This document shows positions 42,655-51,215 of a stretch of 64,000 nt of DNA, in pieces (the stretch's first letter is position 1; the number at the start of each line of letters is the position of its first letter). The notes under the pieces were generated by a model. That model saw nothing but the letters and a program-made list of their open reading frames with translations, was not told the DNA's origin and made no database searches. The translations under genes were made by a program, and so were the position numbers. This stretch comes from Pirellulales bacterium. GTDB taxonomy: Bacteria; Planctomycetota; Planctomycetia; Pirellulales; JAICIG01. Location: positions 64,001 through 128,000 of the forward strand of contig JBBDYJ010000020.1 of the NCBI GenBank assembly GCA_040901675.1, read 5' to 3'.

Positions 42655-42688
42655 AACAAAAAACCCCAAGGCCGCGGGCCTTAGGGTT
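42655..42688 (-). terminator. Attenuator terminator of the leuA leader
   Basis: AACCCTAAGGCC-CGC-GGCCTTGGGGTT followed by TTTTGTT on the minus strand. Confidence 0.88.
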
Positions 42689-42729
42689 CGTGAAATCTGG
42701 TCAGGCAGTCGATTTCGGTCAGGCGAACC

Positions 42730-42789
42730 CTAGGGCCTCCGCCGGCTAAGCGCTAGCAACAACAGAGGGAGTAAGCTGCCGAGCATCAT
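42730..42789 (-). promoter_or_regulatory. Leucine-rich leader peptide (leuL-like)
   Basis: MMLGSLLPLLLLALSRRRP*, with 8 Leu codons including TTA, CTA and two TTG. Confidence 0.88.
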
Positions 42790-42838
42790 CGGTGTACACC
42801 TGAATAGAGATTGTCGGCTGTTTCCCGCCGATGAGTGG

Positions 42839-42867
42839 AGTTTAGCCGAGCGATTGGGCAGGGTCAA
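42839..42867 (-). promoter_or_regulatory. Sigma70-type promoter of the leuA leader
   Basis: TTGACC-N17-TAAACT. Confidence 0.7.
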
Positions 42868-42871
42868 GCGA

Positions 42872-42952
42872 CAGAAATCAGAAGTCGGAGGTCAGAGTCA
42901 AGGGACAGGGGTTCCGCCTGCGGCGGACTTGTAGCCCATCAGAGGTCAGAAG
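42872..42952. repeat. Heptamer array (TCAGAGG-like) with embedded hairpin
   Basis: Inverted counterpart of 63590-63705. Confidence 0.75.
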
Positions 42953-43180
42953 CGCGCAAGCGGACTTCCGGCTGTAGGCCGCATCCGGTATCCGCGGATA
43001 TGGCTCAATGGGCGGGAGCGGGGCGGACGAAAAAAGACCAAAGCGGGCAAAGAAGCTGCCAGGAGGATGTTGTGCGCTGAGAAAGCCTGGCGAGCGATTG
43101 TGCACGGCACAAAGGGCCTATTGAGCGCCAACTGCGTTTCGGGTACCCTGCTCCGCCCGGCCCGCAGTCGCGCCAGCCCC

Positions 43181-43666
43181 ATGGATTACGAAGTACAACG
43201 TTGCACCCGCCATTGTGCCGCCAGCGGTCGCCAGTTGGTCGAGGGCGAGGAGTTCTTCTCCACGCTGGTGGCCGAGGGGGCCGAGGTCCGGCGTTACGAC
43301 TACGCGGCCGAGAGCTGGGCGGGGCCGCCTGACGGGAATTTGGGCTGGTGGAAGTCGCGGATGCCGACGCGCGAATCGAAAAAGGCCCGGCTGGCGCCCA
43401 GCGAGGTCTTACTGGAACTCTTCGCCGAACTGGAAGGCGAGCCGGAAAGGCACGACATGCGATACATCCTGGCGCTGCTGTTGATCCGCCGCCGCGTGCT
43501 GCGGCTGGAAGACACTCAGCACGACGAGCAAGGGCGCGAGAAGCTCGTGCTCTATTGCCCCAGGGACGAGAGCACGCACGAGGTGACGAGCGTGATGCCC
43601 GGCGACGAGCGGATCCAGGAGATCCAGAACGAACTTGCCCGGTTGCTGTTTGCCAGCGCGACATGA
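43181..43666 (+). CDS. Hypothetical protein
   Basis: MDYEVQRCTRHCAASG...GWWKSRMP...RYILALLLIRRRVL; its stop overlaps the next ATG. Confidence 0.75.
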   Translation: MDYEVQRCTRHCAASGRQLVEGEEFFSTLVAEGAEVRRYDYAAESWAGPPDGNLGWWKSRMPTRESKKARLAPSEVLLELFAELEGEPERHDMRYILALLLIRRRVLRLEDTQHDEQGREKLVLYCPRDESTHEVTSVMPGDERIQEIQNELARLLFASAT

Positions 43667-44538
43667 AACACTGCTCCCAGGATCGAACCCGCATGGTCCG
43701 CCCGCGGCACATGGCGCTCTGGCTGCTGGTGCTGGTCACCTCCGCCAGCGGCGCCAGTTGCCCGCAGTTCCTGAACACGTACACTCCGCCGGCCGCGCGG
43801 GCGCTGCCCGCCGGGCCCACGTTGTCCCAGATCACGGCCGTGGTCAACGACAACAGCAATAAAGTCGTTTCGCTCTACACCGACGACGCCTCCATCAGCG
43901 TGCCGCGCGCGCCGACCATCCGCGCCAGCCTGGCGCTGGACCGTCCCCTGCGGTTTCGGCTGCGAGGCGAAACGCGCCTGACCGGCCCAGAAGTCGACCT
44001 GGGCAGCAACGAGGAGCTCTTCTGGTTCTGGGTCCGCCGCGATCCGAGCCAGGCCGTGTACCACTGCCGCCACGATCAGTTCCATTCCAGCTCGGCGGCC
44101 ATGGTGCTGCCGGTCGAGCCGCATTGGCTGATCGAGGCCTTGGGCCTGGTGTACTTCGACCCGGCGCTGGCGCACCAAGGGCCCTTCCCCGCCGGGCAGG
44201 GCCGCCTGCAGATCCTGACGCCGCTGGAGACGCCCCGAGGACAGATGACCAAGGTGACGGTGATCGACGAGGCGCGGGGCTGGGTGTTGGGTCAGCATCT
44301 CTATGACGCGCGCAACCAGTTGGTCGCCAGCGCGCTGGCCGGCCAGCACCAGCGCGATCCATTGAGCGAGGTCACGCTGCCGAGCCGGGTGGAGATTCAC
44401 TGGCCGGCCACGCAGTTTTCGATGCGGATCGAGCTGAAGAACGTGGCCATCAATCAGCTCCCGCGGAACCAGGACCTGCTCTGGTCCCTGCCCGACTACC
44501 AGGGGTACACGCCGGTTGACCTGGCGCGCTGGCGATGA
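43663..44538 (+). CDS. Hypothetical lipoprotein-like exported protein
   Basis: Hydrophobic signal ending SGASC, followed by a beta-rich body. Confidence 0.7.
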   Translation: MKHCSQDRTRMVRPRHMALWLLVLVTSASGASCPQFLNTYTPPAARALPAGPTLSQITAVVNDNSNKVVSLYTDDASISVPRAPTIRASLALDRPLRFRLRGETRLTGPEVDLGSNEELFWFWVRRDPSQAVYHCRHDQFHSSSAAMVLPVEPHWLIEALGLVYFDPALAHQGPFPAGQGRLQILTPLETPRGQMTKVTVIDEARGWVLGQHLYDARNQLVASALAGQHQRDPLSEVTLPSRVEIHWPATQFSMRIELKNVAINQLPRNQDLLWSLPDYQGYTPVDLARWR

Positions 44539-44678
44539 ACGTCCAAGACCGGACGCTCGAGTATCCGAAGGGCCTGCCGAGGCAGCCCGTGCGGGCGAAT
44601 CCGGAATAGATAGCCGCACGGCCAGAAGCGAGATAGAATTACTAATGGATCTATTCACGACCCATCAGCGGATTCAAC

Positions 44679-44951
44679 ATGGCTACCGATCTCCATAAGC
44701 TAATTCGAGAAGTGCAGTCGCTTCCGGCGGACCAGCAGCGGCGACTTCGCGAGGTGCTTGATCAGAACCTTGCCGCGGGAAGTTCAGCCGGCCCGACGGC
44801 GGAGGAGCAGCTTGAACAGCAGTTGTTCGCGGACGGCCTGCTGAGCGAGATCAAGCGCCCACCAAACGCGCCAACGGCATGCGGACGCAGCCCGCGCGTC
44901 GACATCCAGGGAAAGCCCCTTTCGGAAACGGTGGTCGAGGAGCGGCGATAG
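44679..44951 (+). CDS. Putative antitoxin
   Basis: 90-aa ORF ending GKPLSETVVEERR, abutting the PIN gene. Confidence 0.75.
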   Translation: MATDLHKLIREVQSLPADQQRRLREVLDQNLAAGSSAGPTAEEQLEQQLFADGLLSEIKRPPNAPTACGRSPRVDIQGKPLSETVVEERR

Positions 44952-45416
44952 TTGCCTGTTTATTTCTTCGACACCAGCGCTTTGGTAAAGCGATACGTCA
45001 ATGAAGTCGGATCGTCGTGGGTGGACCGCATCAGCGATCCCGCAACCGGAAACGACATCTACATCGTCCGCATCACCGAGGTGGAAACCACTGCCGCCGC
45101 GGTTCGCCGCCAGCGAGGAGGAACCCTTTCTGCTTCGGACACGGCAACGGTCCTGTCTCAGTTCCGGCGGGACATTGCCAATGAGTACCGGGTTATCGAG
45201 GTGGACCGGCTGCTGCTGTCTGCTGCCGCTTCTCTCGCCGAAAAGCATGGCTTGCGGGCATATGATGCTGTGCAATTGGCGGCAGCTTTGGAAGTGAATG
45301 TCCGCTGCTCCAAGCTATCGCTGGGCCCTCTCATTGTCGTTTCCGCCGACGGCGAACTGAATGCGGCCGCGATGGCGGACGGGCTTGCCGTGGAGAATCC
45401 CAACGCCCATCCGTGA
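44952..45416 (+). CDS. vapC: PIN-domain (VapC-type) toxin
   Basis: YFFDTSALVKRY, E, LRAYDAVQLAAAL and SAD acidic residues. Confidence 0.9.
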   Translation: MPVYFFDTSALVKRYVNEVGSSWVDRISDPATGNDIYIVRITEVETTAAAVRRQRGGTLSASDTATVLSQFRRDIANEYRVIEVDRLLLSAAASLAEKHGLRAYDAVQLAAALEVNVRCSKLSLGPLIVVSADGELNAAAMADGLAVENPNAHP

Positions 45417-45430
45417 ATTGATGCAAGGCA

Positions 45431-46594
45431 CTAGATCTCGCGCAGCGCGTCGACGATTTTCATGCGGGTGGCGCGGATGGCGGGCAGCAGGCCGCCTAAC
45501 AGACCCATGAAGACTGCCAGCACGACGCCGTAGGCCAGCACGTCGGGCCCGAAGCGGAAGGCAAAGGTCAACTCGCTGAAAGTGACCCAATTGGCGGTGC
45601 CGGTGGAGAGGCCGTTGATGGGCAGCGTGGCCAGCGAGCCCAGGGCGCCGCCGGCCAGGCACAACACCAGCGATTCGAGCAGGAAGCCGCCCATGATGCC
45701 GAGGCGGCCGAAGCCCAGTGCCCGCAAGGTGCCGATCTCGCGGCTACGGGCGGCCACGGCGCCGAACATGGTATTTGCCACCGCGAACAGGGCGCCGATG
45801 GTCAGGAAGGTGGAGATGATCCGGCCGACAATCTTGATCGCCGCGCCGGCCACGGCCTGATCTTGATAGTACTCGGCTTCGGTCACCGCCTTGAGCGCGA
45901 ATCGTTCGTCGTCGGCCAGTCTCTTCTTGAGCTTCCCCATGGCGTCGGCGCTTGCCGAGCGAATCTGCACGGAGGAGACGGCGCCTTCGCGCTTGCTGGC
46001 CTGGCCGAGAATCTTCACGTCGGTCCAGATTTCGGACTCGATGGCGCTGTCGCCGGCCTCGAACAAACCGACAATCCGAAACGTGGTGCCCAGGGCCTTG
46101 AACTCCTCTCCCAGGCCGGCGTTCTGGAACCGCGCGGCGACGGAGCGGCTGGTGATGGCTTCGCGCAGGCCCGGCTTGAAGTCACGCCCCTCGACCAGGC
46201 GGAAACCGGGGCGAAGTTGCCGGGCGACGGGGGTGACGCCGCGGAGGATCAAGTTGGTCCGCCCCCCCTCATTCCGGCGGACGGTATTGACCACGATCAC
46301 CAGCTCGGGCGACGCAAATGGCCGGCCTTGCGGGTCGGTCGCAATGCCGGGCAGCGTGACGATCTGGCGAACCCGCTCGTCTTCAATGCCACTGCTGGTC
46401 TCGGAGGTTGCTCCCTTGCGCAGGGCAATGAGATCCAAGGGGTCGCTGGAGACTTCGAGCGTGTGATCGAGGCCGGCGCCCAGGCCGAAGGCCAATACGG
46501 AGGCCCACACCACCAGTCCTGTCCCCAGGACGGTCAAGAGCGAGGCCACCCAACGGGCACGCAGGCTGCGGAGGTTGTATTTGACTGGAACCAT
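45431..46594 (-). CDS. ABC transporter permease (MacB/FtsX-type)
   Basis: One N-terminal plus three C-terminal TM segments; RSREIGTLRALGF. Confidence 0.92.
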   Translation of the reverse strand: MVPVKYNLRSLRARWVASLLTVLGTGLVVWASVLAFGLGAGLDHTLEVSSDPLDLIALRKGATSETSSGIEDERVRQIVTLPGIATDPQGRPFASPELVIVVNTVRRNEGGRTNLILRGVTPVARQLRPGFRLVEGRDFKPGLREAITSRSVAARFQNAGLGEEFKALGTTFRIVGLFEAGDSAIESEIWTDVKILGQASKREGAVSSVQIRSASADAMGKLKKRLADDERFALKAVTEAEYYQDQAVAGAAIKIVGRIISTFLTIGALFAVANTMFGAVAARSREIGTLRALGFGRLGIMGGFLLESLVLCLAGGALGSLATLPINGLSTGTANWVTFSELTFAFRFGPDVLAYGVVLAVFMGLLGGLLPAIRATRMKIVDALREI

Positions 46595-46595
46595 G

Positions 46596-47762
46596 TCAAA
46601 CCACTCGGCGGAGTCCATCGACGACCGACATGCGCGCGGCCCGCCAGGCGGGCACCGCGCCGCTGGTGAGCCCCACGACCGCGGCCAGCGACAATCCGAG
46701 CCAGACGGTGTTCCAGGGGACGTAAAACATGTTGAGCATTGGCACGCCAAGCATGCCGGGCTCGATCACCTCGAAGAGCAGCTTTCCGCCCAGCACGCCC
46801 AGCACGCCGCCGGTCAGGGAGATGGCCAGCGCCTCGCCGAGGACCAGCACCAGCACCAACCAGCGCTGAAACCCGATGGCCTTGAGCACGGCGACCTCGC
46901 GGGTCCGCTCGCGGAGCGACATGGCCATGGCGTTGCCGGCCACGCAAACCAGCGAGACGACCACGGCCAGGGCTGTATTGCGGATAAAGGCCTGGACGTT
47001 GCCGATCATCTCGGTAAACATTTGTGAGAAGGCCTCCTCGGTCATGGCGCGGACCGGTTCGCCCGAGTTGAGGAAGCGTTGTTCGATGCGCTGGGGGAGC
47101 TGGTTGACGGCACCGGCCGATTCGGCCTTGAGCATGATGGTGCCGACCTGTCCGGCGATGGGGCTGCGCTTGCTCTTGAGCAGCTCGTCGAGATACTCGT
47201 AGTGGAACCAGAGCATTTCGAGGTCGGCGGTCGAGGGTCCGTCGTAGATGCCATCGACCGTCAGATCAAGATTGCAGTCGTAGATGTCGCCTTTGAGCGG
47301 GATCTTGTCGCCGATTTTCCAGCCCCTGTTGGCGGCGATCTTGCGGCCGACGACGCACCCGGTGCGGTCGGACTGCCAGGCGGCGAGCTGCTCGGGCGGC
47401 ACGTGATACTCCGCAAACACCCGAAATACCGTGCCCGGATCGGTGGCAAATTGGGCGAACATCGACATCCGGTCGTCCTTGTAGATCCCGCCGAACCACG
47501 ACATGGGGGCGGCCGCCTGGACGCCCTTGATTGCCCGCACGTCGTCCAGGTGGGCGGCGGGCAACAGATCGGTGAGGCCGTTGCGATGCGTGAGCACCAG
47601 GCGGTGGTACTGGGCGGAACGAGCAGCCAGCTCGTCCTGAAAGCCGATATAGGCATACAGCAACGTGACCAGAAAGAGGCTGAAGCCGATGGAGAGCACC
47701 GTGAAGGCGCTGCGGAGCTTATGCCGCAAGACGTTCTTGATAATGTAAGGCAGGAATCTCAC
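46596..47762 (-). CDS. ABC transporter permease (MacB/FtsX-type)
   Basis: KNVLRHKLRSAFT...ERTREVAVLKAIGF. Confidence 0.92.
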   Translation of the reverse strand: MRFLPYIIKNVLRHKLRSAFTVLSIGFSLFLVTLLYAYIGFQDELAARSAQYHRLVLTHRNGLTDLLPAAHLDDVRAIKGVQAAAPMSWFGGIYKDDRMSMFAQFATDPGTVFRVFAEYHVPPEQLAAWQSDRTGCVVGRKIAANRGWKIGDKIPLKGDIYDCNLDLTVDGIYDGPSTADLEMLWFHYEYLDELLKSKRSPIAGQVGTIMLKAESAGAVNQLPQRIEQRFLNSGEPVRAMTEEAFSQMFTEMIGNVQAFIRNTALAVVVSLVCVAGNAMAMSLRERTREVAVLKAIGFQRWLVLVLVLGEALAISLTGGVLGVLGGKLLFEVIEPGMLGVPMLNMFYVPWNTVWLGLSLAAVVGLTSGAVPAWRAARMSVVDGLRRVV

Positions 47763-48478
47763 GAGGCGGCCTCCAACGTGCCGAGCTCACGCTCGACAAA
47801 CGTGCCCTTGTCCAGGTGCAGGATGCGGTGGGCGCGGCGAGCGGCCCGCGGGTCGTGCGTGACCATGATAATCGTCTTGCCAAACTGGCCGTTGAGCAGC
47901 TCGAGCAGGTCGAGGACCTCGACGGCGGCGATGGCGTCGAGGTTGCCGGTCGGCTCGTCGGCCAATAGCAGCATCGGATCGTTGACCAGGGCACGGGCCA
48001 CGGCCACGCGCTGCTCCTGGCCTCCGGAAAGCTGCCGGGGGTAGTGATCCATGCGATCGGCCAGCCCGACGATCTTCAGCGCGGTCCGCACGTGCTCGGC
48101 GCGTTGGCGGCGGCCGAGCGGCGTGAGCAACAGCGGCAGCTCCACGTTTTCAAACGCGGTCAGCACGGGCATCAGGTTGTAGAGTTGAAAGATGAAACCC
48201 AGATGCCGCGAGCGCCAGCGGGTGAGCGCGCTGTCGGACAGTTCGCCCAAATCCTGGTCGCCAACTGAAATCGATCCGGTCGACGGGCGGTCCAGGCCCG
48301 CCACCAGGTTCAAGAGCGTCGATTTGCCCGAACCAGAGGGTCCCATCACCGCCAGGAATTCACCGGGCGCGATGTCGAGGTTGGTGTCGGCCAGGACCGG
48401 GATGCAGATCCGGTCGCGGTAATAATCCTTGGAAACGCCGCGAAGCTGAACCAGTGCCGTCAAGGTGTCGCCTGCCAT
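47759..48478 (-). CDS. ABC transporter ATP-binding protein (LolD/MacB-like)
   Basis: GPSGSGKST, LSGGQEQR, LLLADEPTGNLD and VTHD. Confidence 0.96.
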   Translation of the reverse strand: MAGDTLTALVQLRGVSKDYYRDRICIPVLADTNLDIAPGEFLAVMGPSGSGKSTLLNLVAGLDRPSTGSISVGDQDLGELSDSALTRWRSRHLGFIFQLYNLMPVLTAFENVELPLLLTPLGRRQRAEHVRTALKIVGLADRMDHYPRQLSGGQEQRVAVARALVNDPMLLLADEPTGNLDAIAAVEVLDLLELLNGQFGKTIIMVTHDPRAARRAHRILHLDKGTFVERELGTLEAAS

Positions 48479-48548
48479 CGAAGCTGCTCGTTCTTTTGGG
48501 GACCGCTTGGGTTGCCGGGGACCGGGGCCGTGCTTTCACACGCGCCCT

Positions 48549-49847
48549 TCACGAGGAAGTTCGAACCCTGGCGTTTTCGGTGATATCGGCCGGTGGCTCG
48601 ACGATCAGCACGTCGCCTCCCGACAGCGTCGGCCCGCCGCTGCCCGGCTCGACCTGGATGAGTCCGTCCTTCTCCTTGCCGAGAACTTGGACGGCAACCG
48701 CCCGGGCACGTTCGTTCTCGACGCGCCACACGAGCTGCTTGCCCTGGTGGGTAACCACGGCGCCGGCCGGGACAAAGATAGCCGGCCGCGCGTCGCCCGC
48801 CGACTTGCCGTCGGCTTCCGGAAGAAAGTGAACCGTGGCGCTCAGCTCGGGAAACAGCCGCTCGTCGGGATCCAGCACCTGCACCTTCACCTGGACCACG
48901 CCGCGGCTGCGGTCGCCCATGGGGATGATCTGCCGCACCCTGCCGCGGTAGCGACGGCCCGGGACCGCATCGACCACCACGTCGGCCGGCTGCCCGGCCC
49001 GGACTTGCCCCAGAAAATCCTCCTTGACATCCGTGCCCACTTCCAAGGCCGACAGGTCGGCCAGCGTGACGACGCTGCCGCGGCCGGAAGCCAGCCCCAT
49101 GCCGCCCGGCATGATCGTCTCGCCTAGCTCGGCGTCCTTGCTGATGATCGTGCCGGCGAATGGCGCATAGATGTGCATGTTGCGGATCGCCTCTTCGCCT
49201 TCGCGCACGAAGGCCTCGGCTGCCTGCACGGAGGCGCCCAGCGAATCCACCCTGGCTTTGGCAGCCTCGAAGGCCGTCTGCGCTTCCTCGAGTTCCGCCT
49301 CGGTACCGGCGCCCTTGCCGCGGAGAGCCTGCTGCCGCCCATAGTCGCGCTCGCGCTGGGCCAGCGTATTCTGGGCTTCGGCCAGGTCGGCCTGCGCACG
49401 AAGAATCTCGACTTTTCGGGAAGCCAGTGCCGCCTTGAGATCGTCGTGCTCCAGCACGGCCAGCAAGGCGCCTTGCTCGACGCGATCTCCTTCTTCAGCC
49501 AGCAAGCTGGCCACGCGGCCGGGCGCCTTGGCCCCGACGGCCGCCTGCTGGCGCGACTCGAGATACCCCGTGGCAGTCAATACGGCATTGGCCTGACCGA
49601 CCGTCATGACCTGAACGGCGGCCGTCTTCACGGCCAGGGCCGGCTCGAAGCGATCGCCCAGCACCGTATAGAAGGCCCAAGCACCGCCGGCGAGCGCCGC
49701 CAGCACGATGCAGCCCAGCACGACGAAAAACAGGCGTGAGGGTCCGCCGCGGCGCGAGCGGTCGATGCGCAGCGATGCAAGGTCGTCGCCCAGGGCGGCG
49801 GCTGCGGGCGGGCGATGCTCGATGCGGGGATTGCTGGAGACGACCAT
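48549..49847 (-). CDS. Efflux membrane-fusion (periplasmic adaptor) protein
   Basis: N-terminal TM helix, ATGYL, GRV...EEGDRV, coiled coil and IYAPFAGTI. TATAAT at 49886-49891 (minus). Confidence 0.9.
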   Translation of the reverse strand: MVVSSNPRIEHRPPAAAALGDDLASLRIDRSRRGGPSRLFFVVLGCIVLAALAGGAWAFYTVLGDRFEPALAVKTAAVQVMTVGQANAVLTATGYLESRQQAAVGAKAPGRVASLLAEEGDRVEQGALLAVLEHDDLKAALASRKVEILRAQADLAEAQNTLAQRERDYGRQQALRGKGAGTEAELEEAQTAFEAAKARVDSLGASVQAAEAFVREGEEAIRNMHIYAPFAGTIISKDAELGETIMPGGMGLASGRGSVVTLADLSALEVGTDVKEDFLGQVRAGQPADVVVDAVPGRRYRGRVRQIIPMGDRSRGVVQVKVQVLDPDERLFPELSATVHFLPEADGKSAGDARPAIFVPAGAVVTHQGKQLVWRVENERARAVAVQVLGKEKDGLIQVEPGSGGPTLSGGDVLIVEPPADITENARVRTSS

Positions 49848-50087
49848 CAAGGGCAGGCCGAGCGAATGGATGACAGTCGGGCCCATTATAGCAGGCGAGC
49901 GGGGAGGGGGAAGGATGAAAGCCGAAGGAGGACTATGAAGGACCAAGAGCGAGGCACGCCTAAGACTTTGACCCAGCCGCACGAGGCCAGGCGGACCGCA
50001 TAAAATGCGGGTCACGAACCTACTGTTGGCATTCGCCGGATTGGCTCAGATCTTGCCTGTTCCCGTAGGGGCGGCTAGGTTGTTTCG

Positions 50088-51083
50088 ATGCCAAAACCCT
50101 ATAAAGTCGTGATCACCGATTTCCTTGCGCCGCCTCTGACGTGCGAGGAGCGCATCCTGGGCGATATCGCCCGCGTCGAAGCACTCGGCGCGCTTGACGA
50201 AAGCGACCTGGAGGGTCGTATCGAAGATGCCGACTGCCTGATGCTCTACCACAACCTCCGCTTCTCGGCCCGCTCGATCGAACGCCTCGGCAACTGCAAG
50301 CTGATTGTGCGCTGCGGCGTGGGCTACGACAACATCGACTGGCGGGCGGCCCGCGCCCGGGGTATCCCGGTGGCCAATGTACCGGACTACGGAACCGAGG
50401 AAGTCGCCGACTCGGCCATCGGGCTTGCGCTGGCGCTGACGCGCGGCATCTCGTTTTTGAACTCGCGGCTGCGCGATTCCGACCAGCCGTGGACCCACGA
50501 GCTGGCGGCGCCGCTGCCCCGCCTGCGTGGCCGGGTATTCGGCATCGTGGGGCTGGGACGCATCGGCACGGCCGCCGCTCTGCGAGCCAAGGCCCTCGGG
50601 ATGGACGTGCGCTACTACGACCCCTACGCGCCCGACGGACGCGACAAGTCGCTGGGAGTGCGGCGGGAGGAAACTCTGGAAGACCTGCTGGCCTCCGTCT
50701 ACGTGCTGAGCCTGCACTGCCCGCTGACCGACGAGACGCGGCGGATGATCGACGCGGCCGCCCTGGAGCAAATGACCCCCGGCTCCTACCTGGTCAATAC
50801 GGCCCGGGGAGGCGTGGTCGATACCAGCGCCGTTCCCGCGGCGATCGCCTCCGGGCGGCTGGCGGGGGCGGGCATTGACGTGCTGCCCGTCGAACCGCCG
50901 GCGGAGGGGGACCCGCTGGTGGCCGCCTGGCGCGACCCAGGCCACCCGGCCTACCACCGGCTGATCATCAACCCGCACGCGGCCTTCTACAGCGAGGAAG
51001 GCATCGTGGACATGCGGAGCAAGGGCTCCGAGGCCTGCCGGCGGGCATTGCTGGGCCTGCCGCTGCGCAACGTGGTGAACTAA
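50088..51083 (+). CDS. D-isomer 2-hydroxyacid dehydrogenase (CtBP-like)
   Basis: GVGYDNID, NVPDYGTEEVAD, GLGRIG, LHCPLT, VNTARG and PHAAFYS. Confidence 0.93.
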   Translation: MPKPYKVVITDFLAPPLTCEERILGDIARVEALGALDESDLEGRIEDADCLMLYHNLRFSARSIERLGNCKLIVRCGVGYDNIDWRAARARGIPVANVPDYGTEEVADSAIGLALALTRGISFLNSRLRDSDQPWTHELAAPLPRLRGRVFGIVGLGRIGTAAALRAKALGMDVRYYDPYAPDGRDKSLGVRREETLEDLLASVYVLSLHCPLTDETRRMIDAAALEQMTPGSYLVNTARGGVVDTSAVPAAIASGRLAGAGIDVLPVEPPAEGDPLVAAWRDPGHPAYHRLIINPHAAFYSEEGIVDMRSKGSEACRRALLGLPLRNVVN

Positions 51084-51215
51084 AAACAGTTGTTGTGCCG
51101 GCCGCGTAGTTCCATTCCCCGGCCGTACTGCCGGCGACGGCACCAGTGCGTAGGCAGGACCGCGGCACGGGTTTTAGCCAAGGCGTCGATGCAGCGCCGG
51201 CCCGGCTGGCGGTCA

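Noticed and set aside
44679..45416. VapBC-like pair as a novel system
   Set aside because: It is an ordinary type II toxin-antitoxin arrangement and is listed as a feature only.
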